Source: Eledone cirrhosa
Taxonomy: Eukaryota
Length of the DNA stretch: 64,000 bases
Assembly (NCBI GenBank): GCA_964016885.1
Contig: OZ024741.1
Span: forward strand, 19,220,001 to 19,284,000
Direction of reading: 5' to 3'
Below the pieces are notes generated by a model. The model had not been told where the DNA came from. It saw only the letters and a program-made list of their open reading frames with translations, and did no database searches. Shown one piece after another: positions 41,501 through 55,650 of the stretch. Numbering within the stretch: the stretch's first letter is position 1; every line of letters begins with the position of its first letter. A program made the position numbers and the translations under genes.

Positions 41501-44500
41501 AGGACAGTACAGTGTGGCAGAAGATGGTACAGGAAAGTAGAATGTGGCAGAAGATGGTACAGGACAGTACAGTGTGGTAGAGGATGGTACAGGAGAGTAA
41601 AGTGTGGCAGAAGATGGTACAGGACAGTAGAGTGTGGCAGAAGATGGTACAGGACAGTACAGTGTGGCAGAGGATGGTACAGGACAGTAGAGTGTGGCAG
41701 AAGATGGTACAGGAGAGTACAGTGTGGTAGAGGATGGTACAGTGTGGTAGAGAATGGTACAGGAGAGTACAGTGTGGTAGAGGATTGTACAGTGTGGCAG
41801 AAGATGGTACAGGACAGTAGAGTGTGGCAGAAGATGGTACAGGACAGTAGAGTGTGGTAGAAGATGGTACAGGACAGTACAGTGTGGTAGAGGATGGTAC
41901 AGGACAGTAGAGTGTGGTAGAGGATGGTACAGGCCAGTAGAGTGTGGCAGAAGATGGAAGAGGACAGTAGAGTGTGGTAGAGGATGTTACAGGACAGTAG
42001 AGTGTGGCAGAGGATGGTACAGGACAGTAGAGTGTGGTAGAGGATGTTACAGGACAGTAGAGTGTGGCAGAGGATGGTACAGGACAGTAGAGTGTGGTAG
42101 AGGATGGTACAGGACAGTACAGTGTGGTAGAGGATGGTACAGGACAGTAGAGTGTGGCAGAAAATGGTACAGGACAGTAGAGTGTGGCAGAAGATGGTAC
42201 AGGACAGTAGAGTGTGGCAGAAGATGGTACAGGACAGTAGAGTGTGGTAGAGGATGGTACAGGACAGTAGAGTGTGGCAGAAGATGGTACAGGCCAGTAG
42301 AGTGTTGTAGAGGATGGTACAGGACAGTAGAGTGTGGCAGAAGATGGTACAGGACAGTAGAGTGTGGCAGAAGATGGTACAGGACAGTACAGTGTGGTAG
42401 AGGATTGTACAGGACAGTAGAGTGTGGCAGAAGATGGTACAGGACAGTAGAGTGTGGCAGAAGATGGTACAGGACAGTAGAGTGTGGTAGAGGATGGTAC
42501 AGGACAGTAGAGTGTGGCAGAAGATGGTACAGGCCAGTAGAGTGTGGTAGAGGATGGTACAGGACAGTAGAGTGTGGCAGAAAATGGTACAGGACAGTAG
42601 AGTGTGGCAGAAGATGGTACAGGACAGTAGAGTGTGGTAGAGGATGGTACAGGACAGTAGAGTGTGGCAGAAGATGGTACAGGACAGTAGTGTGTAGTAG
42701 AGGATGGTACAGGACAGTAGAGTGTGGCAGAAGATGGAACAGGACAGTAGAGTGTGGTAGAGGATGGTACAGGACAGTAGAGTGTGGCAGAAGATGGTAC
42801 AGGACAGTAGAGTGTGGCAGAAGATGGTACAGGACAGTAGAATGTGGCAGAAGATGGTACAGGACAGTAGAGTGTGGCAGAAGATGGTACAGGACAGTAG
42901 AGTGTGGCAGAAGATGGTACAGGACAGTAGTGTGTGGTAGAGGATGGTACAGGACAGTAGAGTGTGGAAGAGGACAGTAGAGTGTGGTAGAGGATGGTAC
43001 AGGACAGTAGAATGTGGCAGAAGATGGAACAGGACAGTAGAGTGTGGTAGAGGATGGTACAGGAGAGTAGAATGTGGCAGAAGATGGTACAGGACAGTAG
43101 AGTGTGGTAGAGGATGGTACAGGACAGTAGAGTGTGGCAGAAGATGGTACAGGACAGTAGAGTGTGGTAGAGGATGGTACAGGACAGTATAGTGTGGCAG
43201 AAGAGGGTACATGACAGTAGAGTGTGGTAGAGGATGGTACAGGACAGTAGAGTGTGGTAGAGGATGGTACAGGACAGTGGAATGTGGCAGAAGATGGAAA
43301 AGGACAGTAGAGTGTGGTAGAGGATGGTACAGGACAGTAGAGTGTGGCAGAAGATGGTACAGGACAGTAGAGTGAGGCAGAAGATGGTACAGGACAGTAG
43401 AGTGTGGTAGAGGATGTTACAGGACAGTAGAGTGTGGCATAAGATGGTACAGGACAGTAGAGTGTGGCAGAAGATGGTACAGGACAGTAGAGTGTGGTAG
43501 AGGATGGTACAGGACAGTGGAGTGTGGCAGAAGATGGTACAGGACAGTAGAGTGTGGCAGAGGATGGTACAGGACAGTAGAGTGTGGTAAAGGATGGTAC
43601 GGGACAGTACAGTGTGGTAGAGGATGGTACAGGACAGTAGAGTGTGGCAGAAAATGGTACAGGACAGTAGAGTGTGGCAGAAGATGGTACAAGACAGTAG
43701 AGTGTGGCAGAAGATGGTACAGGACAGTAGAGTGTGGTAGAAGATGGTACAGTGCAGTAGAGTGTGGCAGAAGATGGTACAGGCCAGTAGAGTGTGGTAG
43801 AGGATGGTACATGACAGTAGAGTGTGGCAGAAGATGGTACAGGCCAGTAGAGTGTGGTAGAGGATGGTACAGGAGAGTAGAGTGTGGCAGAAGATGGTAC
43901 AGGACAGTAGAGTGTGGCAGAAGATGGTACAGGACAGTACAGTGTGGTAGAGGATGGTACAGGATAGTAGAGTGTGGCAGAAGATGGAACAGGACAGTAG
44001 AGTGTGGTAGAGGATGGTACAGGACAGTAGAGTGTGGCAGAAGATGGTACAGGACAGTAGAGTGTGGCAGAAGATGGTACAGGACAGTAGAATGTGGCAG
44101 AAGATGGTACAGGACAGTAGAGTGTGGCAGAAGATGGTACAGGACAGTACAGTGTGGCAGAAGATGGTAAAAGACATTAGTGTGGCAGAAGATGGTACAG
44201 GACAGTACAGTGTGGTAGAGGATGGTACAGGAGAGTACAGTGTGGTAGAGGATGGTACAATGTGGCAGATGATGGTACAGGAGAGTACAGTGTGGTAGTG
44301 GATGGTACTGTGTGGCAGAGGATGGTACAGGAGAGTACAGTGTTGCAGAGGATGGTACAGGAGAGTACACTCTGGTAGAGGATGGTACAGGACAGTACAG
44401 TGTGGTAGAGGATGGTACAGGACAGTAGAGTGTGGCAGAAGATGGTACAGGACAGTAGAGTGTGGTAGAGGATGGTACAGGAGAGTACAGTGTGGTAGAG

Positions 44501-47500
44501 GATGGTACAGTGTGGTAGAGAATGGTACAGGACAGTACAGTGTGGCAGAAGATGGTACAGGAAAGTAGAATGTGGCAGAAGATGGTACAGGACAGTACAG
44601 TGTGGTAGAGGATGGTACAGGAGAGTAAAGTGTGGCAGAAGATGGTACAGGACAGTAGAGTGTGGCAGAAGATGGTACAGGACAGTACAGTGTGGCAGAG
44701 GATGGTACAGGACAGTAGAGTGTGGCAGAAGATGGTACAGGAGAGTACAGTGTGGTAGAGGATGGTACAGTGTGGTAGAGAATGGTACAGGAGAGTACAG
44801 TGTGGTAGAGGATTGTACAGTGTGGCAGAGGATGGTACAGGAGAGTACAATGTGGCAGAGAATGGTACAGGAGAGTACAGTGTGGTAGAGGATGTTACAG
44901 TGTGGTAGAGAATGGTACAGGAGAGTACAGTGTGGTAGAGGATTGTACAGTGTGGCAGAGGACGGTACAGGAGAGTACAGTGTGGCAGAGGATGGTACAG
45001 GAGAGTACAGTGTGGCAGAGGATGGTACAGGAGAGTACAGTGTGGTAGAGGATGGTACAGTGTGGTAGAGAATGGTACAGGAGAGTACAGTGTGGTAGAG
45101 GATTGTACAGTGCGGCAGAGGATGGTACAGGACAGTACAGTGTGGCAGAGGATGGTACAGGAGAGTACAGTGTGGTAGAGGATTGTACAGTGTGGCAGAG
45201 GATGGTACAGGAGAGTACAGTGTGATAGAGGATGGTACAGGACAGTACAGTGTGGTAGATGATGGTACAGGACAGTAGAGTGTGGTAGATAATGGTACAG
45301 GACAGTACAGTGTGGCAGAGGATGGTACAGGTCAGTAGAGTGTGACAGAAGATGGTACAGGACAGTACAGTGTGGTAGAGGATGGTACAGGAGAGTACAG
45401 TGTGGTAGACGATGGTACAGGAGAGTACAGTGTGGTAGAGGATGGTACAGGACAGTAGAGTGTGGCATAAGATGGTACAGGACAGTACAGTGTGGCAGAG
45501 GATGGTACAGGACAGTACAGTGTGGCAGAGGATGGTACAGGACAGTACAGTGTGGCAGAGGATGGTACAGGACAGTACAGTGTGGCAGAAGATGGTACAG
45601 GACAGTACAGTGTGGTAGAGGATGGTACAGGACAGTAGAGTGTGGTAGAGGTTGGTACAGGACAGTAGAGTGTGGCATAAGATGGTACAGAACAGTGTGG
45701 CAGAGGATGGTACAGGACAGTACAGTGTGGCAGAGGATGGTACAGGACAGTACAGTGTGGCAGAGGATGGTACAGGAGAGTACAGTGTGGTAGAGGATGG
45801 TACATGACAGTACAGTGTGGCAGTGAATGGTACAGGAGAGTACAGTGTGATTGAGCATGGTACAGGACAGTACAGTGTGGTAGAGGATGGTACAGGACAG
45901 TACAGTGTGGCAGAAGATGGTACAGGACAGTACAGTGTGGCAGAAGATGGTACAGGAAAGTAGAGTGTGGCAGAAGATGGTACAGGACAGTACAGTGTGG
46001 TAGAGGATGGTACAGGAAAGTAGAGTGTGGCAGAAGATGGTACAGGACAGTAGAGTGTGGCAGAAGATGGTACAGGACAGTACAGTGGGGCAGAGGATGG
46101 TACAGGACAGTACAGTGTGGCAGAAGATGGTACAGGAGAGTACAGTGTGGTAGAGGATGGTACAGTGTGGTAGAGAATGGTACAGGAGAGTACAGTGTGG
46201 TAGAGGATTGTACAGTGTGGCAGAGGATGGTACAGGAGAGTACAGTGTGGCAGAGGATGGTACAGGAGAGTACAGTGTGGCAGAGGATGGTACAGGAGAG
46301 TACAGCGTGGTAGAGGATGGTACAGTGTGGTAGAGAATGGTACAGGAGAGTACAGTGTGGTAGAGGATTGTACAGTGTGGCAGAGGATGGTACAGGACAG
46401 TACAGTGTGGCAGAGGATGGTACAGGAGAGTACAGTGTGGCAGTGGATGGTACAGGACAGTGTGGCAGAGGATGGTACAGTACAGTACAGTGTGGCAGAG
46501 GATGGTACATGACACTAGAGTGTGGCAGAAGATGGTACAGGACAGTAGAGTGTGGCAGAAGATGGTACAGGAGAGTACAGTGTGGTAGATGATGGTACAG
46601 GACAGTAGAGTGTGGCAGAGGATGGTACAGGACAGTACAGTGTGGCAGAGGATGGTACAGTACAGTAGAGTGTGGCAGAGGATGGTACAGGACAGTACAG
46701 TGTGGTAGAGGATGGTACAGGACAGTACAGTGTGGTAGATGATGGTACAGGACAGTAGAGTGTGGCAGAGGATGGTACAGGACAGTACAGTGTGGCAGAA
46801 GATGGTACAGGACAGTACAGTGTGGTAGAGGATGGTACAGGACAGTAGAGTGTGGCAGAAGATGGTACAGGACAGTTCAGTGTGGTAGAGGATGGTACAG
46901 GACAGTAGAGTGTGGCATAAGATGGTACAGGACAGTGTGGCAGAGGATGGTACAGGACAGTACAGTGTGGCAGAGGATGGTACAGGACAGTACAGTGTGG
47001 CAGAGGATGGTACAGGACAGTACAGTGTGGCAGAAGATGGTACAGGACAGTACAGTGTGGCAGAGGATGGTACAGGACAGTAGAGTGTGGCAGAGGATGG
47101 TACAGGACAGTACAGTGTGGCAGAAGATGGTACAGGACAGTACAGTGTGGTAGAGGATGGTACATGACAGTACAGTGTGGCAGTGGATGGTACAGGAGAG
47201 TACAGTGTGATAGAGCATGGTACAGGACAGTACAGTGTGGTAGAGGATGGTACAGGACAGTACAGTGTGGCAGAAGATGGTACAGGAAAGTAGAGTGTGG
47301 CAGAAGATGGTACAGGACAGTACAGTGTGGTAGAGGATGGTACAGGAAAGTAGAGTGTGGCAGAAGATGGTACAGGACAGTAGAGTGTGGCAGAAGATGG
47401 TACAGGACAGTACAGTGGGGCAGAGGATGGTACAGGACAGTACAGTGTGGCAGAAGATGGTACAGGAGAGTACAGTGTGGTAGAGGATGGTACAGTGTGG

Positions 47501-50500
47501 TAGAGAATGGTACAGGAGAGTACAGTGTGGTAGAGGATTGTACAGTGTGGCAGAGGATGGTACAGGAGAGTACAGTGTGGCAGAGGATGGTACAGGAGAG
47601 TACAGTGTGGCAGAGGATGGTACAGGAGAGTACAGCGTGGTAGAGGATGGTACAGTGTGGTAGAGAATGGTACAGGAGAGTACAGTGTGGTAGAGGATTG
47701 TACAGTGTGGCAGAGGATAGTACAGGACAGTACAGTGTGGCAGAGGATGGTACAGGAGAGTACAGTGTGGCAGTGGATGGTACAGGACAGTGTGGCAGAG
47801 GATGGTACAGGACAGTACAGTGTGGCAGAGGATGGTACATGACAGTAGAGTGTGGCAGAAGATGGTACAGGACAGTAGAGTGTGGCAGAAGATGGTACAG
47901 GAGAGTACAGTGTGGTAGATGATGGTACAGGAGAGTAGAGTGTGGCAGAGGATGGTACAGGACAGTACAGTGTGGTAGAGGATGGTACAGTACAGTAGAG
48001 TGTGGCAGAGGATGGTACAGGACAGTACAGTGTGGTAGAGGATGGTACAGGACAGTACAGTGTGGTAGATGATGGTACAGGACAGTATAGTGTGGCAGAG
48101 GATGGTACAGGACAGTACAGTGTGGCAGAAGATGGTACAGGACAGTACAGTGTGGTAGAAGATGGTACAGGACAGTAGAGTGTGGCAGAAGATGGTACAG
48201 GACAGTTCAGTGTGGTAGAGGATGGTACAGGACAGTAGAGTGTGGCATAAGATGGTACAGGACAGTGTGGCAGAGGATGGTACAGGACAGTACAGTGTGG
48301 CAGAGGATGGTACAGGACAGTACAGTGTGGCAGAGGATGGTACAGGACAGTACAGTGTGGCAGAGGATGGTACAGGACAGTACAGTGTGGCAGAAGATGG
48401 TACAGGACAGTACAGTGTGGCAGAGGATGGTACAGGACAGTAGAGTGTGGCAGAGGATGGTACAGGACAGTACAGTGTGGCAGAAGATGGTACAGGACAG
48501 TACAGTGTGGCAGAGGATGGTACAGAACAGTAGAGTGTGGCAGAGGATGGTACAGGACAGTACAGTGTGGCAGAAGATGGTACAGGACAGTACAGTGTGG
48601 CAGAGGATGGTACAGGACAGTAGAGTGTGGCAGAAGATGGTACAGGACAGTGTGGCAGAGGATGGTACAGGACAGTACCGTGTGGCAGAGGATGGTACAG
48701 GAGAGTACAGTGTGGTAGAGGATGGTACATGACAGTACAGTGTGGCAGTGGATGGTACAGGACAGTGTGGCAGAGGATGGTACAGGAGAGTACAGTGTGA
48801 TAGAGCATGGTACAGGACAGTACAGTGTGGTAGAGGATGGTACAGGACAGTACAGTGTGGCAGAAGATGGTACAGGAAAGTAGAGTGTGGCAGAAGATGG
48901 TACAGGACAGTAGAGTGTGGCAGAAGATGGTACAGGACAGTACAGTGTGGCAGAAGATGGTACAGGACAGTACAGTGTGGCAGAAGATGGTACAGGAGAG
49001 TACAGTGTGGCAGAGGATGGTACAGGACAGTAGAGTGTGGCAGAAGATGGTACAGGACAGTGTGGCAGAGGATGGTACAGGACAGTACAGTGTGGCAGAG
49101 GATGGTACAGGAGAGTACAGTGTGGCAGTGGATGGTACAGGACAGTGTGGCAGAGGATGGTACAGGACAGTACAGTGTGGCAGAGGATGGTACATGACAG
49201 TAGAGTGTGGCAGAAGATGGTACAGGACAGTAGAGTGTGGCAGAAGATGGTACAGGAGAGTACAGTGTGATAGAGCATGGTACAGGACAGTACAGTGTGG
49301 TAGATGATGGTACAGGACAGTACAGTGTGGCAGAGGATGGTACAGGACAGTAGAGTGTGGCAGAGGATGGTACAGGACAGTACAGTGTGGTAGAGGATGG
49401 TACAGGACAGTACAGTGTGGTAGATGATGGTACAGGACAGTAGAGTGTGGCAGAAGATGGTACAGGACAGTACAGTGTGGTAGAGGATGGTGCAGGACAG
49501 TAGAGTGTGGCAGAAGATGGTACAGGACAGTACAGTGTGGTAGAGGATGGTACAGGAGAGTACAGTGTGGTAGAGGATGGTACAGTGTGGCAGAGGATGG
49601 TACAGGAGAGTACAGTGTGGTAGAGGATGGTACAGGAGAGTACAGTGTGGTAGAGGATTGTACAGTGTGGCAGAGGATGGTACAGGAGAGTACAGTGTGG
49701 CAGAGGATGGTACAGGAGAGTACAGTTTGGTATAGGATGGTACAGGACAGTACAGTGTGGTAGAGGATGGTACAGGACAGTACAGTGTGGTAGAGGATGG
49801 TACAGGACAGTAGAGTGTGGCAGAAGATGGTACAGGACAGTAGAGTGTGGTAGAGGATGGTACAGGAGAATACAGTGTGGTAGAGGATGGTACAGTGTGT
49901 GGCAGAGGATGGTACAGGAGAGTACAGTGTGCTAGAGGATGGTACAGGACAGTACAGTGTGGTAGAGGATGGTACAGGACAGTAGAGTGTGGTAGATGAT
50001 GGTACAGGACAGTACAGTGTGGCAGAGGATGGTACAGGACAGTAGAGTGTGGCAGAAGATGGTACAGGACAGTACAGTGTGGTAGAAGATGGTACAGGAC
50101 AGTACAGTGTGGTAGAGGATGGTACAGGACAGTACAGTGTGGCAGATGATGGTACAGGAAAGTAGAGTGTGGCAGAAGATGTTACAGAACAGTACAGTGT
50201 GGTAGAGGATGTTACAGGAAAGTAGAGTGTGGCAGAAGATGGTACAGGACAGTACAGTGTGGCAGAGGATGGTACAGGACAGTACAGTGTGGCAGAAGAT
50301 GGTACAGGAGAGTACAGTGTGGTAGAGAATGGTACAGGAGAGTACAGTGTGGTAGAGGATTGTACAGTGTGGCAGAGGATGGTACAGGAGAGTACAGTGT
50401 GGCAGAGGATGGTACAGGAGAGTACAGTGTGGCAGAGAATGGTACAGGAGAGTACAGTGTGGTAGAGGATGTTACAGTGTGGTAGAGAATGGTACAGGAG

Positions 50501-53500
50501 AGTACAGTGTGGTAGAAGATTGTACAGTGTGGCAGAGGATGGTACAGGAGAGTACAGTGTGGCAGAGGATGGTACAGGAGAGTACAGTGTGGCAGAGGAT
50601 GGTATAGGAGAGTACAGTGTGGTAGAGGATGGTACAGTGTGGTATAGAATGGTACAGGAGAGTACAGTGTGGTAGAGGATTGTACAGTGTGGCAGAGGAT
50701 GGTACAGGACAGTACAGTGTGGCAGAGGATGGTACAGGAGAGTACAGTGTGGTAGAGGATTGTACAGTGTGGCAGAGGATGGTACACGAGAGTACAGTGT
50801 GATAGAGGATGGTACAGGACAGTACAGTGTGGTAGATGATGGTACAGGACAGTACAGTGTGGTAGATGATGGTACAGGACAGTACAGTGTGGCAGAGGAT
50901 GGTACAGGTCAGTAGAGTGTGGCAGAAGATGGTACAGGACAGTACAGTGTGGTAGAGGATGGTACAGGAGAGTACAGTGTGGTAGAGGATTGTACAGTGT
51001 GGTAGAGAATGGTACAGGAGAGTACAGTGTGTTAGAGGATTGTACAGGACAGTACAGTGTGGCAGAGGATGGTACAGGACAGTAGAGTGTGGCAGAAGAT
51101 GGTACAGGACAGTACAGTGTGGTAGAGGATGGTACAGGAGAGTACAGTGTGGTAGAGGATTGTACAGTGTGGTAGAGAATGGTACAGGAGAGTACAGTGT
51201 GTTAGAGGATTGTACAGGACAGTACAGTGTGGCAGAGGATGGTACAGGACAGTAGAGTGTGGCAGAGGATGGTACAGGACAGTACAGTGTGGCAGAAGAT
51301 GGTACAGGACAGTACAGTGTGGCAGAAGATGGTACAGGACAGTACAGTGTGGCAGAAGATGGTACAGGACAGTACAGTGTGGTAGAGGATGGTACAGGAC
51401 AGTAGAGTGTGGCATAAGATGGTACAGGACAGTGTGGCAGAGGATGGTACAGGACAGTACAGTGTGGCAGAGGATGGTACAGGACAGTACAGTGTGGCAG
51501 AGGATGGTACAGGACAGTACAGTGTGGCAGAAGATGGTACAGGACAGTACAGTGTGGTAGAGGATGGTACAGGACAGTAGAGTGTGGCAGAAGATGGTAC
51601 AGGACAGTACAGTGTGGTAGAGGATGGTACAGGACAGTAGAGTGTGGCAGAAGATGGTACAGGACAGTGTGGCAGAGGAAGGTACAGGACAGTACAGTGT
51701 GGCAGAGGATGGTACAGGACAGTAGAGTGTGGCAGAGGATGGTACAGGACAGTACAGTGTGGCAGAAGATGGTACAGGACAGTACAGTGTGGCAGAGGAT
51801 GGTACAGGACAGTAGAGTGTGGCAGAGGATGGTATAGGACAGTACAGTGTGGCAGAAGATGGTACAGGACAGTACAGTGTGGCAGAGGATGGTACAGGAC
51901 AGTAGAGTGTGGCAGAAGATGGTACAGGACAGTGTGGCAGAGGATGGTACAGGACAGTACAGTGTGGCAGAGGATGGTACAGGAGAGTACAGTGTGGTAG
52001 AGGATGGTACAGGAGAGTACAGTGTGGTAGAGGATGGTACATGACAGTACAGTGTGGCAGTGGATGGTACAGGACAGTGTGGCAGAGGATGGTGCAGGAG
52101 AGTACAGTGTGATAGAGCATGGTACAGGACAGTACAGTGTGGTAGAGGATGGTACAGGACAGTACAGTGTGGCAGAAGATGGTACAGGAAAGTAGAGTGT
52201 GGCAGAAGATGGTACAGGACAGTACAGTGTGGTAGAGGATGGTACAGGAAAGTAGAGTGTGGCAGAAGATGGTACAGGACAGTAGAGCGTGGCAGAAGTT
52301 GGTACAGGACAGTAGAGCGTGGCAGAAGTTGGTACAGGACAGTACAGTGTGGCAGAAATGGTACAGGAGAGTACAGTGTGGTAGAGGATGGTACAGGACA
52401 GTACAGTGTGGCAGAAATGGTACAGGAGAGTACAGTGTGGTAGAGGATGGTACAGTGTGGTAGAGAATGGTACAGGAGAGTACAGTGTGGTAGAGGATTG
52501 TACAGTGTGGCAGAGGATGGTACAGGAGAGTACAGTGTGGCAGAGGATGGTACAGGAGAGTATAGTGTGGCAGAGGATGGTACAGGAGAGTACAGTGTGG
52601 TAGAGGATGGTACAGTGTGGTAGAGAATGGTACAGGAGAGTACAGTGTGGTAGAGGATTGTACAGTGTGGCAGAGGATGGTACAGGACAGTACAGTGTGG
52701 CAGAGGATGGTACAGGAGAGTACAGTGTGGTAGAGGATTGTACAGTGTGGCAGAAGATGGTACAGGAGAGTACAGTGTGATAGAGGATGGTACAGGACAG
52801 TACAGTGTGGTAGAGCATGGTACAGGACAGTAGAGTGTGGTAGATGATGTTACAGCACAGTACAGTGTGGCAGAGGATGGTACAGGTCAGTAGAGTGTGG
52901 CAGAAGATGGTACAGGACAGTACAGTGTGGCAGAAGATGGTACAGGACAGTACAGTGTGGCAGAGGATGGTACAGGACAGTACAGTGTGGCAGAAGATGG
53001 TACAGGACAGTACAGTGTGGCAGAGGATGGTACAGGAGAGTACAGTGTGGCAGAGGATGGTACAGGACAGTACAGTGTGGCAGAAGATGGTACAGGACAG
53101 TACAGTGTGGCAGAGGATGGTACAGGACAGTACAGTGTGGCAGAAGATGGTACAGGACAGTACAGTGTGGCAGAGGATGGTACAGGACAGTAGAGTGTGG
53201 CAGAGGATGGTACAGGACAGTACAGTGTGGCAGAAGATGGTACAGGACAGTACAGTGTGGCAGAGGATGGTACAGGACAGTAGAGTGTGGCAGAAGATGG
53301 TACAGGACAGTGTGGCAGAGGATGGTACAGGACAGTACAGTGTGGCAGAGCATGGTACAGGACAGTACAGTGTGGCAGAGGACAGTACATGACAGTAGAG
53401 TGTGGCAGAAGATGGTACAGGACAGTACAGTGTGGCAGAGGATGGTACAGGACAGTAGAGTGTGGCAGAAGATGGTACAGGACAGTGTGGCAGAGGATGG

Positions 53501-55152
53501 TACAGGACAGTACAGTGTGGCAGAGCATGGTACAGGAGAGTACAGTGTGGCAGTGGATGGTACAGGACAGTGTGGCAGAGGATGGTACAGGACAGTACAG
53601 TGTGGCAGAAGATGGTACAGGACAGTACAGTGTGGCAGAGGATGGTACAGGACAGTAGAGTGTGGCAGAAGATGGTACAGGACAGTGTGGCAGAGGATGG
53701 TACAGGACAGTACAGTGTGGCAGAGCATGGTACAGGACAGTACAGTGTGGCAGAGGACAGTACATGACAGTAGAGTGTGGCAGAAGATGGTACAGGACAG
53801 TACAGTGTGGCAGAGGATGGTACAGGACAGTAGAGTGTGGCAGAAGATGGTACAGGACAGTGTGGCAGAGGATGGTACAGGACAGTACAGTGTGGCAGAG
53901 CATGGTACAGGAGAGTACAGTGTGGCAGTGGATGGTACAGGACAGTGTGGCAGAGGATGGTACAGGACAGTACAGTGTGGCAGAGGATGGTACATGACAG
54001 TAGAGTGTGGCAGAAGATGGTTCAGGACAGTAGAGTGTGGCAGAAGATGGTACAGGAGAGTACAGTGTGATAGAGCATGGTACAGGACAGTACAGTGTGG
54101 TAGAGGATGGTACAGGACAGTACAGTGTGGCATAAGATGGTACAGGACAGTGTGGAAGAGGATGGTACAGGACAGTACAGTGTGGCAGAGGATGGTACAG
54201 GACAGTAGAGTGTGGTAGATGATGGTACAGGACAGTAGAGTGTGGCAGAGGATGGTACAGGACAGTACAGTGTGGTAGAGGATGGTACAGGACAGTAGAG
54301 TGTGGCAGAAGATGGTACAGGACAGTAGTGTGGTAGAGGATGGTACAGGATAGTAGAGTGTGGCAGAGGATGGTACAGGACAGTGTGGCAGAGGATGGTA
54401 CAGGAGAGTACAGTGTGATAGAGGATGGTACAGGAGAGTACAGTGTGATAGAGGATGGTACAGGACAGTACAGTGTGTCAGAGGATGGTACAGGACAGTA
54501 CAGTGTGGTAGAGGATGGTACAGGACAGTAGAGTGTGGCAGAGGATGGTACAGGACAGTAGAGTGTGGCAGAGGATGGTACAGGACAGTACAGTGTGGCA
54601 GAGAATGGTACAGGACAGTAGAGTGTGGCAGAGGATGGTACAGGACAGTACAGTGTGGCAGAGGATGGTACAGGACAGTACAGTGTGTCAGAGGATGGTA
54701 CAGGACAGTACAGTGTGGTAGAGGATGGTACAGGACAGTAGAGTGTGGCAGAGGATGGTACAGGACAGTACAGTGTGGCAGAGGATGGTACAGGAGAGTA
54801 CAGTGTGGCAGAGGATGGTACAGGAGAGTACAGTGTGATAGAGGATGGTACAGGACAGTACAGTGTGGCAGAGGATGGTACAGGAGAGTACAGTGTGGTA
54901 GAGGATGGTACAGGACAGTACAGTGTGGCAGAGGATGGTACAGGACAGTACAGTGTGGTAGAGAATGGTACAGGACAGTAGAGTGTGGCAGAGGATGGTA
55001 CAGGACAGTACAGTGTGGCAGAGGATGGTACAGGACAGTACAGTGTGGCAGAGGATCGCACAGGACAGTACAGTGTGGCAGAGGATGGTACAGGACAGTA
55101 CAGTGTGGCAGAGGATCGCACAGGACAGTACAGTGTGGTACAGGACAGTACA
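29578..55152. repeat. 25.6-kb satellite of a 30-bp unit (TGGTACAGGA CAGTA(G/C)AGTG TGG(C/T)AGA(A/G)GA), roughly 850 units, intronic
   Basis: Uninterrupted array, with a unit made of three diverged 10-mers and kb-scale higher-order duplications. Confidence 0.99.
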
Positions 55153-55284
55153 TTGTAGGTTTTGGCACATAAAATGTTTTTAACAAAAATAAGGACAACA
55201 TGTCAAAATTCAAACAAAATATATTCCCCAATGGCAGGGGACTTCTAAGGTCACATATGGAAAAAGCCTACATAATAATAATGA

Positions 55285-55650
55285 TTTCTGATCTAGACAC
55301 AAAGCTAACAATTTTAGGCGAAGGGAAAGTCTATTAAATCAACCCTAGGATGAAAAAGAAATTTAACCTTGGTGGGATTTGAACTCAGACTATAAAGGGC
55401 CGTAACGCTATGCTGCAAAGGATGGTGTCCAACACTCTACTGATACTGCCAATTCTAATAATAATAATTGTTTCTACTTTTGGCACAAGGCCAGCAATTA
55501 CCACAGTGTATTACTGGTGCTTTATTTTATCAACCCCGTAAGGATGAAAGGGAAAGTTAACCTCAGCAGGATTTGGACTCAGAACGTAAAGGGTCATAAC
55601 TCTATGCCACAAAGCATGTTGTCCGGCGCTCTACCGATACTGCCAATCCA
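55285..55650 (-). mobile_element. Two tandem SINE family 1 copies
   Basis: Reverse-complement consensus occurs twice. The same arrangement is at 58365-58720. Confidence 0.82.

Noticed and set aside
29578-55152. CRISPR-like array
   Set aside because: Units are contiguous with no unique spacers, there are no cas genes, and the context is eukaryotic.
29563-55231. Very long ORFs (up to 2512 aa) across the satellite
   Set aside because: The 30-bp unit lacks TTA/CTA/TCA, so all three minus frames are open by default. Frameshifts swap frames freely and there is no frame-specific constraint.
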